Below the pieces are notes generated by a model. The model saw only the letters and a program-made list of their open reading frames with translations. It searched no databases and was not told where the DNA came from. The position numbers were made by a program, and so were the translations under genes. A DNA stretch of 64,000 nt from an uncultured Chloroflexia bacterium (GTDB taxonomy: Bacteria > Chloroflexota > Anaerolineae > JAAYZQ01), in NCBI GenBank assembly GCA_963700285.1, contig CAVOXA010000010.1:1888001-1952000 (forward strand), in the 5' to 3' direction. The first letter of the stretch is position 1, and each line of letters opens with the position of its first letter. Below are positions 29,464 through 39,909 of the stretch, one piece after another.

Positions 29464-30630
29464 TCAGCCGAGAGCGGTTTTCATTCTATCCAACGCCTCA
29501 AGCAGCACCGAGCGCTGGCAGGCAAAGTTCAAGCGCACGAATCCTTCGCCCCCCGTACCAAAGCTTGCGCCATCCGTGAGAGCAACGCGAGCTTGCTCCA
29601 GAAAAAAGCGAGAGGGGTTCCCCGGAATTGAGGTCTGGCGGCAGTCCAACCAGGCCAGATAGAGGGCTTCCGGCCGGGTCGTACTGATTCCGGGGAGGTT
29701 GCGTTCGACATAGTCGACGACCAGATCCCGATTGGCCTGCAGGTACTGTAGCACCTGGTCGAGCCAATCCTGGCAATCACGATAGGCTGTCAAGGCAGCC
29801 ACGAAGCCCAAGGTGTTTACCTCGGGAAAATACGCGGACGCAGCCCTTTGCAGTTTGCTGCGCAATGCCGCATCGGGGATGATGGCCATTGAACAGCGCA
29901 AGCCGGGTAGGTTAAAAGTCTTGCTTGGGGCGATCAGGGTAACCGTCTTTCGTGCGATTTCTGGATCCAGGGAAGCGATGGGGATATGTTTGCTCCCTGA
30001 GAAGACGAGGTCGCAGTGAACCTCGTCTGAGCAAATGAGAACATCGTTGCTCAGGCAGATCTCGGCCATCCGTTCCAGCTCCTGGAGCTGGAACACACGG
30101 CCCACCGGATTGTGTGGATTGCACAGAATAAAGACCCGAGTCCGATCCGTGATGGCAGCCTCAAACACCTGAAAGTCGATTCCATAGTTCCCGCTGGACT
30201 CCTGGACCAGTTCTACCTCGTTGCGGACCAGATGATCCAAGCCTGGCATGTCATAGATCGGGCCAAAGACAGGTGGTTGGACCAACACGCCATCGCCAGG
30301 CAGCGCAGACACACGGCAGACGCGCGTGAATCCGAGGATCACACCCGGTTGGAACACGATCCACTCCGGGGATACCTGCCAGCCATATAGCCGCTTCATC
30401 CGATCTGCGATTTCCTCTCTCAATTCAGATGGCTCTGCGCAGTAGCCAAAGATTCCGTGCTCAACCCGAGCATGCAGCACCTCGATCACTGGCTCAGGCG
30501 ACCGGAAATCCATGTCGGCCGTCCAGAATGGGAGTACATCTTGGCCGTAGCATAGCCACTTGGAACTGTCTGATTGGCGCCTATCGACGATCTTGTCAAA
30601 ATCATACGGGGTCTTTGCCTTTGAGAGCAT
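29464..30630 (-). CDS. patB: MalY/PatB-family PLP C-S lyase
   Basis: WTADMDF, LCNPHNPVG, SDEVHCD, APSKTFN, FVRLNFAC. Confidence 0.9.
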   Translation of the reverse strand: MLSKAKTPYDFDKIVDRRQSDSSKWLCYGQDVLPFWTADMDFRSPEPVIEVLHARVEHGIFGYCAEPSELREEIADRMKRLYGWQVSPEWIVFQPGVILGFTRVCRVSALPGDGVLVQPPVFGPIYDMPGLDHLVRNEVELVQESSGNYGIDFQVFEAAITDRTRVFILCNPHNPVGRVFQLQELERMAEICLSNDVLICSDEVHCDLVFSGSKHIPIASLDPEIARKTVTLIAPSKTFNLPGLRCSMAIIPDAALRSKLQRAASAYFPEVNTLGFVAALTAYRDCQDWLDQVLQYLQANRDLVVDYVERNLPGISTTRPEALYLAWLDCRQTSIPGNPSRFFLEQARVALTDGASFGTGGEGFVRLNFACQRSVLLEALDRMKTALG

Positions 30631-30685
30631 TGCCTGACTTCCTTTTCTATTTCAGTTTGAACGTGCCCAGGACAAAGCCTGGCGA

Positions 30686-31855
30686 TCACTCAAGCGCAGC
30701 GTTATGCCAAAGCTCCGTCTCAAGGAATCGATCCAGGATAGCCCGGGATTTCTTGAACAGCTCCAGATCGATATACTCGTCGGGTCGGTGTGCTTGAGCG
30801 GGCTGCCCCGGACCAAAGATGACAAAGGGCAAGTCACCTTCAGGAGCCAGTTCCAGGATATCGGAGCCGCCCAGGCCCACACCCAGAGTTGGAGCGCAGC
30901 CCTCTATGGACTCGTAGGCGCGTGCGAAGCGGGCAACCCAAGGGTCGGTCGCCGGCGTCAACAGGGGCTTGGCCTGGTACGATATTTCACTGCGGTACGT
31001 GCCCGGAGACGCTGCCTTTTCGGCCAGCTCTGCCAGGGTTCCAAGGTATACCTCTTTCTGGGCCTGGCTCGCACAGCGCATGTCCAGGTCGGCGTGACAC
31101 TGGGCAGCAACGATGTTTGTGGCGCGTCCTCCAGCAATCGTGCCCACGTTTAGCGTCGCTCGCAGGGTGAGGTCATCCGAGTATTTGTAGACCGGGAGAG
31201 TCTCCACCTGCTGTTCCATGGCCAGCAGGAACCTGGCGCAGGCGAGGATGGCATTGATGCCTTTGGCGGGTGTAGCGGCGTGGGCTTCCTGGCCTTCAAA
31301 CGTGACGCGCGTGAGCACACCACCCATTGAGCCGATCCCCAGTTCTGCGTTGGTCGGTTCGCCAATGATGAGAAAGGTTAGATTGTCTACCAGACCGGCT
31401 TCGCGGAGCGTCTGGGCGCCTCTCAGCTTCGTCTCTTCTGAGGCCGACAACAGGAGCGCTAGCCCTCTTTGCAGGCGACGTCCCGATTTGACGGCGCGCG
31501 CCACCCGGCAGAAGGCCGCCAGCAACATGGCTACACCGCCCTTCATGTCGCTAGCGCCCAGCCCATACAACCGGCCGTTTTGAAGTACGGGCGTCGTGGG
31601 GGGCAAGGTCCATCCGCCGGAGGCAGGAACCGTGTCTAGATGGCCAGACAGGCCAATCCATTCGGGCAGTTCCCCGGGTATCTCGGCGTACAGCGAGGCC
31701 CGGCCGGGTTCAAGGGGCACCAGGCGGCTGTTTATCCCTTGACTGGCCAGGTAGTCAGCCACATAGCGGGCAATCCGTTCCTCGTTGCCAGGCGGATTGG
31801 CGCTATCCATCGAGATCAATTTCCGAAGCAGCCTCGTTTGCTCGTCCTCGCACAT
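30686..31855 (-). CDS. M20 (ArgE/DapE-like) metallo-deacylase
   Basis: SGHLDTV, GASDMKGG, SEE, IGEPT, AHRPDEY. Confidence 0.88.
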   Translation of the reverse strand: MCEDEQTRLLRKLISMDSANPPGNEERIARYVADYLASQGINSRLVPLEPGRASLYAEIPGELPEWIGLSGHLDTVPASGGWTLPPTTPVLQNGRLYGLGASDMKGGVAMLLAAFCRVARAVKSGRRLQRGLALLLSASEETKLRGAQTLREAGLVDNLTFLIIGEPTNAELGIGSMGGVLTRVTFEGQEAHAATPAKGINAILACARFLLAMEQQVETLPVYKYSDDLTLRATLNVGTIAGGRATNIVAAQCHADLDMRCASQAQKEVYLGTLAELAEKAASPGTYRSEISYQAKPLLTPATDPWVARFARAYESIEGCAPTLGVGLGGSDILELAPEGDLPFVIFGPGQPAQAHRPDEYIDLELFKKSRAILDRFLETELWHNAALE

Positions 31856-31913
31856 GGAACACGCTCACCTATCAGAATCGTGAAAGTCTGCCTGGACTTA
31901 TCGGCACGGAAAG

Positions 31914-33134
31914 CTAGCTTACAGGACCAGGCACATACTTGGGGATCATGGGAACATCGAGATTGATGTCCGGCCCAAAGAACTTGAAGATGATCAGATC
32001 TTCCGAACCGGTATTCTCAACGACAATGGGTGTGGTCGCCCTCTCGTGAGAGACGAGGAGTTCGTCGTAGCCAAAGTTGCCGGTCTCGATCTCGTGGCCA
32101 TCGTAGCGACCAAGCCCCCGCCACACCAAGATGTTATAGACGCCCTTGTCCATACTGATGAAACGTTGGCCCGGCTTGACTACCAACCTTTTGCCGCTGA
32201 ATTTGGTGGTGTTGTAATAGATCCAGTGCTCCTCGCCACCGTCCTGTACCGACCCTTGGACGGGCTGGGGTGACGTGTGACGATTCTCGTAGAAATAAGG
32301 ATCCCCACAGATCTCCCAGTTGATTTGGCCCAGGATGGCCCGCTCACCGTACTTTTCGCGATCTTGCTTGCGCACATCTTTGAAGAGCAGATCTTTGGAA
32401 ATGAGCTTGCCCGCGACCAAGGCCTGGAGCATGGCGAAAACGTCGGAATCCTCCTGCAGCTCGAAGGTAAGGGCAGTGCCCGGGGCGTGCAGAACGCCGG
32501 AGGGCAGATGAAAGCCCTCGCCAGGCACCAGCAGATAGGCCCTGGAGTGCCTCAGGATGAGATCGTCCTTCCATTCCACCAGATAGGGCAGGAGGATGTC
32601 GTACTCCTGCCGTTCAGCGATGTAGGGGTGCACGCCGAAAAAGGTCTCCGGGTGGGGCCCGACTGGCACATCCTCCGGAAAGTAATATGCTTCCTCTTTC
32701 GAGTTGGCACCGACCAACGCCGCGTCCTTTTTCATCTGGTGCAGGTGGTACGGGATCCGGGCGCCAAAGTCATAGATCTTGGCCAAGCGTCCTAATCCAA
32801 GGTGCGTTCGGGCATACTCTGCGCCCATGATGGCCGGGCCAGCAATCTCGACTGCTTCCTTGAGGGTCATACGCTGACCGTTGCCCAGGCTCACATAGGA
32901 CAAGCCCTCGTCGGGAGGGCCGATACGATTGTCAGCCTTGGTGACAGAGCCAATCCAACGCTCACTGATCCAACCCCGCTCCCCGACCTCGTACTCCTCC
33001 TCCTTCAATCCCAGCCGGCGTCCGGGTGGTAAAAAGTCCCTGGCCACCCAGGCTGGTTCGAGCCTGAGGATCCCATTGTTCTTGCCCAGGTTTTCCACAA
33101 CGATCTCTTGCCGCTTAACCCCATCGCTTGCCAT
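31914..33134 (-). CDS. Cupin protein, phosphomannose-isomerase type I-like (function uncertain)
   Basis: ERWIGS, PYHLHQ, KEEAYYF, PSGVLHAPG, ELQEDSD. Confidence 0.65.
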   Translation of the reverse strand: MASDGVKRQEIVVENLGKNNGILRLEPAWVARDFLPPGRRLGLKEEEYEVGERGWISERWIGSVTKADNRIGPPDEGLSYVSLGNGQRMTLKEAVEIAGPAIMGAEYARTHLGLGRLAKIYDFGARIPYHLHQMKKDAALVGANSKEEAYYFPEDVPVGPHPETFFGVHPYIAERQEYDILLPYLVEWKDDLILRHSRAYLLVPGEGFHLPSGVLHAPGTALTFELQEDSDVFAMLQALVAGKLISKDLLFKDVRKQDREKYGERAILGQINWEICGDPYFYENRHTSPQPVQGSVQDGGEEHWIYYNTTKFSGKRLVVKPGQRFISMDKGVYNILVWRGLGRYDGHEIETGNFGYDELLVSHERATTPIVVENTGSEDLIIFKFFGPDINLDVPMIPKYVPGPVS

Positions 33135-33411
33135 GAACTCCTCCCCGCTGGATGATGCCAGTCGCGCTGAGAACTGCCATAGTCGCCATTTTACGAACCT
33201 GACATACGCTCCGCATTGTAGCATGGAGCTGGGTGCTTGCCAAGTCATTGCACCGGACGCGTGGCCACTACCCGCCGGCAGCGGCGATATTGGACTTGTA
33301 CAGTCAGGTCTGTTAAGATCCTGGCTGGGGCCACAGCGGCAGTTGAGCAGCTTGTGGCAATACCGGCATCACCTATGCCATGCAGGCGGGAATTGAGAAA
33401 AGGGTTTCCAC

Positions 33412-33862
33412 ATGGAACTAGCGATATCAGCGCAACACTTGTCACAGATTGCCCGGCACTGCCAAAATGCCTATCCCTACGAAGGCTGCGGCATTTTGCT
33501 CGGCCTGGCCGAGAACGGTTCCAAGACGGTGGTAGATGTGCTGCCTACAGGCAACGCCCGCGAAAAAGCCGACCAACATAACCGCTACCTGATACCGCCC
33601 GAGTCGCTTTTGGAGGGTGAGCTGCAGGCAGAGGAGCGAGGGCTGGAGGTCATTGGTTATTTTCACTCCCCACCCCGATCACCCGGCCCTCCCTTCAGCC
33701 TTCGACCTCGAGCAAGGATGGCCCTGGTACTCTTACCTGATCGTGTCAGTGTACAGCGGCAGGGCTGTCGCCAGCCGCTCATGGCAGTTGCGCGAGGATC
33801 GCAGCAGCTTTGACGAAGAGACTGTTGTCCAGACTGCCCGGGCACTAGCCGACGTGTCGTGA
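33412..33862 (+). CDS. JAB/MPN (M67) metalloprotease, +1 indel in a C-run
   Basis: YPYEGCGILLG, then FHS(H)PDHPALPSAFD after correcting an extra C at ~33668. Confidence 0.85.
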
Positions 33863-34004
33863 CTACTCTTTTCCTCTGATTCGCAGGCTTCTTGGCGCGC
33901 CAGCGCTCCCATTCGTTTGGGGCCGCCGGCGCGTTGTGCTCCTTGTTCTACTAACCGCTTCGTGCTATAATCAGCAGCAGGCACACAAGCACAGGGGGGA
34001 GAGC

Positions 34005-36737
34005 ATGTCTAAGGGAATCACGCTGAAGGTCAATGGCCACAGCCATCATGTCGATGTCGAAGCGGACACACCGTTGATCTATGTCCTGCGCAATGATCTG
34101 AACCTTAAAGGGGCCAAGTTTGGCTGCGGACTGGAGCAATGCGGCGCTTGTATGGTCCTGATCGACGGAGAGGCTGTGCCCTCATGCCGGATACCGGTTC
34201 GGTCCCTTCAAGGCCGTGAGATCACGACGGTGGAGGGGCTGGGAACAAGTACTGATCCACATCCGCTTCAGATAGCATTCATCGAGGAACAGGCCGTGCA
34301 GTGTGGCTTTTGCACACCAGGTATGCTCATCGCCGCCAAGGCGCTGCTCGACCGGAATCCCCAGCCGACCGATGGCGAGATTCGGGCCGAGCTGGCGGCG
34401 AATCTGTGCCGCTGCGGGATCTATGATCGGATCTTCCGAGCGGTCAAACGCGCGACAGGACAGCCTGTGCCATCCCCTCAGTATGAAGTAGAGAGCAGTA
34501 CGGAGCCCGAAATCAAGACGCTGACCGAAACCGCACTGCTGCCCGGTTCTCTCGCGCAAACACCCGAGATTGACTCTTGGGTACGCATCAACACTGACGG
34601 TACCATTACCCTGTTCACCGGCAAAGTCGAGCTGGGCCAGGATATCAGGACTTCCATCGCCATGATCGGGGCCGAGGAGCTGGACGTGTCGCTGGAGCGG
34701 ATCCGCGTTGTCTCTGGGGATACGGCCCAAACCCCCAACGAGGGTTACACGGTCAGCAGCATGTCCCTGGAGACTTCGGGAAACGCCGTCCGCGCTGCGG
34801 CCGCCGAGGTCAGGCAGATCGCGCTCTCGGTGGCACACGAAGAACTGGAGGTACCTATCGAGCGCCTCAAGGTGGTCGACGGAACGATCACGGATCTGGA
34901 GACCGGACATCGCGTCACCTATTGGGATCTTTTCGGCGGAAAAAGGTTTGGCTCCAGAGTGGCTGGGGCAGGCCAACCAAAGAAACCAGAGGCGTACAGG
35001 ATTGTGGGGCATCCTGCAGAGCGCCTGGATCTGCTGGCAAAGGTGATGGGTAGCGCTTGTTTTGTGCAGGACTTGGCAATGCCAGGCATGGTCCACGGCC
35101 GCGTGGTCCGTCCTCCTACCTATGGCGCTAGGCTGTTCGCTGCGGATGAGGCGGCGGTAGGGCGAATGGCAGGCGTCATCCAGGTTGTGCGAGACGGTAG
35201 CTTTTTGGCCGTTGTCGCCGAGCGCGAGGAGCAGGTTGTCCAGGCGGCCGAGACCCTCGGCAGGACGGCCACCTGGGAGGGCGGACGCGTCCTACCGGCC
35301 CGAGAGGCCTTTGCCGATCACCTGTTGAGCCAGCCTGACCAAGCCTTTCTTGTCGTCGACGGCAGACCAGTTGACGGTCCAGTACCGCCCATTGAAACGC
35401 CGCCAGAAGCAACGCAAACCCTGGCCACCACCTACTACCGGCCCTTCCACATGCACGCCTCACTGGGCCCATCGGCAGCTGTGGCCCAGTTGGTCGATGG
35501 ACGACTCACGGTCTGGACACACAGTCAGGGAGTCTATCCACTGCGGGCAGCGCTGGCCCAGGTTCTGGGGATGTCCGAGGACGAGATCCGTACCATCCAC
35601 GCGGATGGGCCGGGCTGTTTTGGCCACAATGGTGCGGATGATGCGGCCCTCGATGCGGCGCTGCTGGCCCGCGCGGTACCGGGACGGCCGGTATCGCTGA
35701 AATGGACGCGTTCCGACGAGCATCAGTGGGAGCCCTATGGCGCGGCAACGGCGATCAGAATGCAAGCCAGCCTGAATGCTGGGGGAGAGGTCGTCGACTG
35801 GAACCACGACGTCTGGGGCTATACTCAGACAGGCCGCGCCGTACCGGCCGGAGATACATCTGGATTGCTGGCAGCCTGGCACCTGGCAGAACCGTTCGCC
35901 CGACCCCGGGCACAGCCCCGGATGCTGCCCGAGATGGGTATTCACCGCAACGCGGACCCGCTGTACACTTTTCCCCGGCGGCGCATCGTCAAACATTTCC
36001 TGCCGGACAGCCCACTGCGCGTGTCAGCTTTGAGAGGACTGGGGTCCTATGCCAACGTTTTTGCCATCGAATCCTTCATGGACGAGTTGGCACACGCTGC
36101 GGGGATTGACCCGGTTGAGTTTCGCCTGCGCTACCTGGCCGATGAACGGGCCCGGGCCGTCATCAAGGCCGCAGCCAAGGCAGCCGGACCGCTGGTCGGA
36201 GGGCTGGGACGCGGCCTTGGCTTTGCCCGCTACAAGAACCGCCAGAGCTATGTGGCAGTGACCGTAGATCTGAGCGTGAATCACGACAGCGGTCACATCC
36301 GTCTGGAGCATGCGGTCATTGCCGTCGATGCTGGGCAGATTGTCAACCCGGATGGTTTGAGCAACCAGATCGAGGGCGCTTTTACCCAGTCTGCAAGCTG
36401 GACGCTGAAGGAGCAGGTCACCTTTGACCAAGACGGCATCACCAGCGTTGACTGGCGCAGTTATCCGATCTTGCGTTTCCGTGAAGCACCCGAGATCGAG
36501 ACTGTGCTGGTCAATCGCCCCGGCCAGCCCTATCTGGGGGTTGGCGAGGGCGCGCAGGGGCCTGTCCCCGCAGCCATTGCCAACGCGGTTTTTGACGCTG
36601 CCGGTATCCGCCTGTGCCAAATTCCCTTCACACCGGAACGAGTCAAGGCGGCATTGAGGGAGAACAGCCGCGAAAACTCGCAAGATACAACGAGCCATCC
36701 TTTTGACCAAGACATCGCTCAATTTGACATCATCTGA
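34005..36737 (+). CDS. Molybdopterin oxidoreductase with fused 2Fe-2S subunit (IorA-IorB/NicAB-like)
   Basis: GCGLEQCGAC, QCGFC, LCRC, GKVELGQ, SALRGLG, GVGEG. Extended -10 TGCTATAAT at 33963. Confidence 0.9.
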   Translation: MSKGITLKVNGHSHHVDVEADTPLIYVLRNDLNLKGAKFGCGLEQCGACMVLIDGEAVPSCRIPVRSLQGREITTVEGLGTSTDPHPLQIAFIEEQAVQCGFCTPGMLIAAKALLDRNPQPTDGEIRAELAANLCRCGIYDRIFRAVKRATGQPVPSPQYEVESSTEPEIKTLTETALLPGSLAQTPEIDSWVRINTDGTITLFTGKVELGQDIRTSIAMIGAEELDVSLERIRVVSGDTAQTPNEGYTVSSMSLETSGNAVRAAAAEVRQIALSVAHEELEVPIERLKVVDGTITDLETGHRVTYWDLFGGKRFGSRVAGAGQPKKPEAYRIVGHPAERLDLLAKVMGSACFVQDLAMPGMVHGRVVRPPTYGARLFAADEAAVGRMAGVIQVVRDGSFLAVVAEREEQVVQAAETLGRTATWEGGRVLPAREAFADHLLSQPDQAFLVVDGRPVDGPVPPIETPPEATQTLATTYYRPFHMHASLGPSAAVAQLVDGRLTVWTHSQGVYPLRAALAQVLGMSEDEIRTIHADGPGCFGHNGADDAALDAALLARAVPGRPVSLKWTRSDEHQWEPYGAATAIRMQASLNAGGEVVDWNHDVWGYTQTGRAVPAGDTSGLLAAWHLAEPFARPRAQPRMLPEMGIHRNADPLYTFPRRRIVKHFLPDSPLRVSALRGLGSYANVFAIESFMDELAHAAGIDPVEFRLRYLADERARAVIKAAAKAAGPLVGGLGRGLGFARYKNRQSYVAVTVDLSVNHDSGHIRLEHAVIAVDAGQIVNPDGLSNQIEGAFTQSASWTLKEQVTFDQDGITSVDWRSYPILRFREAPEIETVLVNRPGQPYLGVGEGAQGPVPAAIANAVFDAAGIRLCQIPFTPERVKAALRENSRENSQDTTSHPFDQDIAQFDII

Positions 36738-36752
36738 GAAGGGTGGTATAAT
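36724..36752 (+). promoter_or_regulatory. Perfect consensus sigma70 promoter of the cold-shock gene
   Basis: TTGACA-17-TATAAT with extended TG. Confidence 0.8.
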
Positions 36753-36885
36753 GTGGCCGTAGGATGAAGTAAGAATCTGGTTCGGCCACCGCAAGATGAG
36801 CACCCAGGCTTACACGTCTGGGTGCTTTTTCCTAGATGACGGCCAGCGGTACCTTCCTCCTAACAATATCGATGAAAGGTGAGAA

Positions 36886-37101
36886 ATGTCTGACAGAGAA
36901 ACTGGAACCGTCAAGTGGTTCAATGGAAGCAAGGGCTATGGATTCATTGAGCGCGAGGGAGGACCTGACGTGTTCGTCCACTTTTCCGCGATCCGGGGTG
37001 AGGGATTCCGGAACTTGGAAGAGGGGCAGAAGGTCGAGTTCAACGTCGAGCAGGGTCAGAAGGGGCCGCAAGCGACCGACGTGGTTGCGATAGGCTGGTA
37101 A
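36886..37101 (+). CDS. cspA: Cold-shock protein
   Basis: [27 protein letters not shown]. Confidence 0.95.
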   Translation: MSDRETGTVKWFNGSKGYGFIEREGGPDVFVHFSAIRGEGFRNLEEGQKVEFNVEQGQKGPQATDVVAIGW

Positions 37102-37110
37102 CCAAGTGGC

Positions 37111-37225
37111 ATGAGCCAAATTCTATGTCGGTAGCCTGAGTTCTGATACCACTGCCGACATGCTGCAAACTTTGTTTGCCTAGTATGGCGAGGCGGATAG
37201 CCTCACCCACAGTGTAGTGCTGTGA
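37111..37225 (+). pseudogene. RRM RNA-binding protein relic
   Basis: KFYVGSLSSDTTADMLQTLFA*YGEA matches RNP-2 and helix 1. Frameshift after the ATG, internal TAG, truncated. Confidence 0.65.
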
Positions 37226-37261
37226 AGCGCGGACCAAAGAAGAACTGGTCCGCGCTTTTTT
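37225..37261 (+). terminator. Intrinsic terminator
   Basis: AAGCGCGGACCA-loop-TGGTCCGCGCTT followed by a T-run. Confidence 0.8.
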
Positions 37262-37307
37262 CATGTAACAGCGTGCTACGCACGAGCCATTCGTGAAGGA
37301 GCCACAC

Positions 37308-38078
37308 ATGAACGACACCATTGAGGTAATTCTGAACCGCAGGTCGGTAAGAGCCTACGAAGACAAGCCAATCGACAGCGAGACGGCCAACCTAATCGTG
37401 CACTCTGCGATGCGTGCTCCAACAGCGGGGGGCATGATGCTGTATTCTATCATTGAGATTGAGGATCAGAACCTGAAGGAGAAACTCGCGATATCCTGCG
37501 ACAACCAGCCCTTTATTGCCAAGGCGCCGCTGGTCCTGCTCTTTCTTGCGGATTACCAACGGTGGTTTGACTTTTTCATCGCATCGGATGTGGAGCCATA
37601 TTGCGAGGCCGAGGGCAAGAAGCTTCGCTTTCCAGGTGAAGGTGACCTTCTCCTGGCATGTTGCGATGCTTTGATTGCAGCTCAGACAGCCGTGATCGCT
37701 GCAGAATCGCTGGGCATTGGCTCCTGCTACATTGGCGATATCATGGAGAACTATGAATACCACCAGGAGCTATTAGACCTGCCGCAGTACGCTTTTCCGA
37801 TCGCACTTCTCTGCTTCGGCTACCCAAAAGCATCGGCCTTGGCAAGAAATTTGGTTCCAAGATACCCCCGGGAGTATATCTGTTTCAAGGATAAATACGA
37901 AAGACTGGACGAGGCAACACTGGCCCGGATGTTCAAGTCCGACGAGCTCCACCGGTACTCCGGCGCCAGCAACCTTGGGCAGCACGTCTATGCCCGGAAA
38001 TTCGCGTCAGATTTTGCTGTTGAGTTGACACGATCAGTCGGAGAAGCCATAAGGACTTGGAAGGGAAAGCAAAGCTAG
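37308..38078 (+). CDS. Nitroreductase (NfsA/NfrA-like)
   Basis: RRSVRAY, RAPTAG, AQTAVIAAESLGIGSCYIG, LCFGYP. Confidence 0.9.
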   Translation: MNDTIEVILNRRSVRAYEDKPIDSETANLIVHSAMRAPTAGGMMLYSIIEIEDQNLKEKLAISCDNQPFIAKAPLVLLFLADYQRWFDFFIASDVEPYCEAEGKKLRFPGEGDLLLACCDALIAAQTAVIAAESLGIGSCYIGDIMENYEYHQELLDLPQYAFPIALLCFGYPKASALARNLVPRYPREYICFKDKYERLDEATLARMFKSDELHRYSGASNLGQHVYARKFASDFAVELTRSVGEAIRTWKGKQS

Positions 38079-38089
38079 CAGCCCGGCAT

Positions 38090-39025
38090 TTATGCAAGGA
38101 ACTGAGACACCCTTGAGGCCCGGCCGCGGTAGCCATCGATGAATCCCACCCACGCCGGGTTGATGAGAGCCGGCTCACTATGCACAAGATCCCGGACTGC
38201 TGTCAAGGCCAACTTGACCAGCAGGTAGCCCAGGGTGAGAGCGCGTGAGAAGCCGTGGGGATGCGCTTGATAGAAGTGCGCCCGTCCCCAGAATTCCGCG
38301 TATCGGGTACCCGGCTTGGATTTGCGGGCGCTCAGTGACACCTTGTGCCACATCTTGGCTTGCGGCGCGCACCAGATCCCAAAGCCAGCCAGCCGCGCCC
38401 GGCGGCAGAAATCAGCGTCCTCGAAATAGAAAAAGTAGCGGGTATCGAGCAGCCCAATCGCCTCAAAGACATCTCGCCGGACCAACATCCCGCAGGCAGT
38501 CACATAGTCAGCAGAGAAGGGAGCGCCGGCTGCTTCAACAATCGCATGGTCTGGCAGCTTCAAGGGGACAGGCAGACCGCGAACCTCTCGGTCGCCAAAA
38601 CGCCAAACCTGTTCTGGCCGATCATGGTAGTAGATGATAGGCCCTACGATGCCAGCGTTGAGGGAATGGTCAGCTGCCAGAACTAGTTGCTCAATCATGT
38701 CTGGGTCAACGATGGTATCGTTGTTCAGAAGCAGAACCGACTGGGCTCTTTTGCTTATGGCCCTTTCAATGCCAACGTTGACCCCGCCTGCAAAGCCCAG
38801 ATTCTCCCCAGTGGCAAGGACCGTGACCTCACTGCCCAGGCGATCCTGGAACAGCGCTAGAGAATCATCTGTAGAGCCATTGTCCACAATGACGATCTCG
38901 ACGCCGTTGGGAGCGCCGGCCTGGACCGATTCAACGCAGTCTATCGTGTCCCAGGGCAGGTTCCAGTTAAGGATTACTACGTGCATTGGGTAGAGGGCCT
39001 GGGGATCGTGCTCGCGACGGTTCAT
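38090..39025 (-). CDS. Glycosyltransferase family 2
   Basis: VILNWN, VDNGSTD, NLGFAGG, LLNND, YFEDADFC. Confidence 0.9.
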   Translation of the reverse strand: MNRREHDPQALYPMHVVILNWNLPWDTIDCVESVQAGAPNGVEIVIVDNGSTDDSLALFQDRLGSEVTVLATGENLGFAGGVNVGIERAISKRAQSVLLLNNDTIVDPDMIEQLVLAADHSLNAGIVGPIIYYHDRPEQVWRFGDREVRGLPVPLKLPDHAIVEAAGAPFSADYVTACGMLVRRDVFEAIGLLDTRYFFYFEDADFCRRARLAGFGIWCAPQAKMWHKVSLSARKSKPGTRYAEFWGRAHFYQAHPHGFSRALTLGYLLVKLALTAVRDLVHSEPALINPAWVGFIDGYRGRASRVSQFLA

Positions 39026-39447
39026 AGCACCCTCCTCCCCATACCCAGGCGCCGTTCAGATGCAAGAGTGTGCACGGAAGACTCTTTGTCAGCATGGGAT
39101 GCCTCTGAACTCATGGGACTGGCTCCTATCAATACTGATGAGAACTGTACCAAGCATAGCACAGTACCGTTGCTGGGTCAAACCCTCAGCGATCGCCTAG
39201 ACCACAGTCCCAGTATTATGACTCCAAGGGGGAGCATCTTGGCGTATTTGTGCCATTGTCCGCCGCTCAGTTTCTTGAAAAGGAGGGCCAAGAGTCATCA
39301 TTGGAGGATGACGATTGGTTCACCACCTACCAAGTGCAGCCGGCGGGCAGGTGACAAAGGGCATAAACAGCGCAGCGCCGAGCGCTCACTTGTGGTTAGA
39401 GAGAATGCCTGCCAAAACACAAATTGCTATTCTCTCCAGCATCCTTG

Positions 39448-39801
39448 TCATCTCGCAACCAGTCCCGAGTCGATGAGCCGGTAGAGCCCCATGGCCAATA
39501 GCCATACCGAATAACCCACAGCCAGTACCAGCCACAGCGACCATCCTTGCCGAAACCCGAACCAGCAGGCCACAACAAACAAGGCCGTCGGAATGAGGCC
39601 GAACAGCAGCATCCGGGCAAAGTCGGCGGTCACGTTGGTATCGCCACTGGCGCCCGTATGGATGAACCACATCGCCAGCGTCATACTCAAGGGCAGGACT
39701 GCCAGGACAGAGGCCAGGACGCGAGATCTGTCGCTGGCAATGGCTATGGCTGTGATAATGGCGAGCGAAATCAAGAGCTGATAAACGCGTTGTGTACTCA
39801 T
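39448..39801 (-). CDS. Small 4-TM membrane protein (DUF3147-like)
   Basis: Four hydrophobic segments and LAVLPL motif. Confidence 0.65.
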   Translation of the reverse strand: MSTQRVYQLLISLAIITAIAIASDRSRVLASVLAVLPLSMTLAMWFIHTGASGDTNVTADFARMLLFGLIPTALFVVACWFGFRQGWSLWLVLAVGYSVWLLAMGLYRLIDSGLVAR

Positions 39802-39909
39802 GCTCCAGGTAGAAAACTACAGCCCCACCAGGGGCTGTAGCATTGTGCGCCGAAGGTTCATGTTATATGGCAGGCAGCGACAGGTATCCCAGCTAGCCGC
39901 CAGTAGCGC

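Noticed and set aside
5267-33862. Programmed frameshifting or phase variation in the ligase, transposases, FAD oxidoreductase and JAB gene
   Set aside because: Indels are scattered, lack slippery heptamers and come without nonsense codons, so sequencing error is the simpler explanation.
39026-39447. Long intergenic region as a possible ncRNA
   Set aside because: No tRNA, riboswitch or strong structure recognisable by eye; a covariance-model search would be needed.
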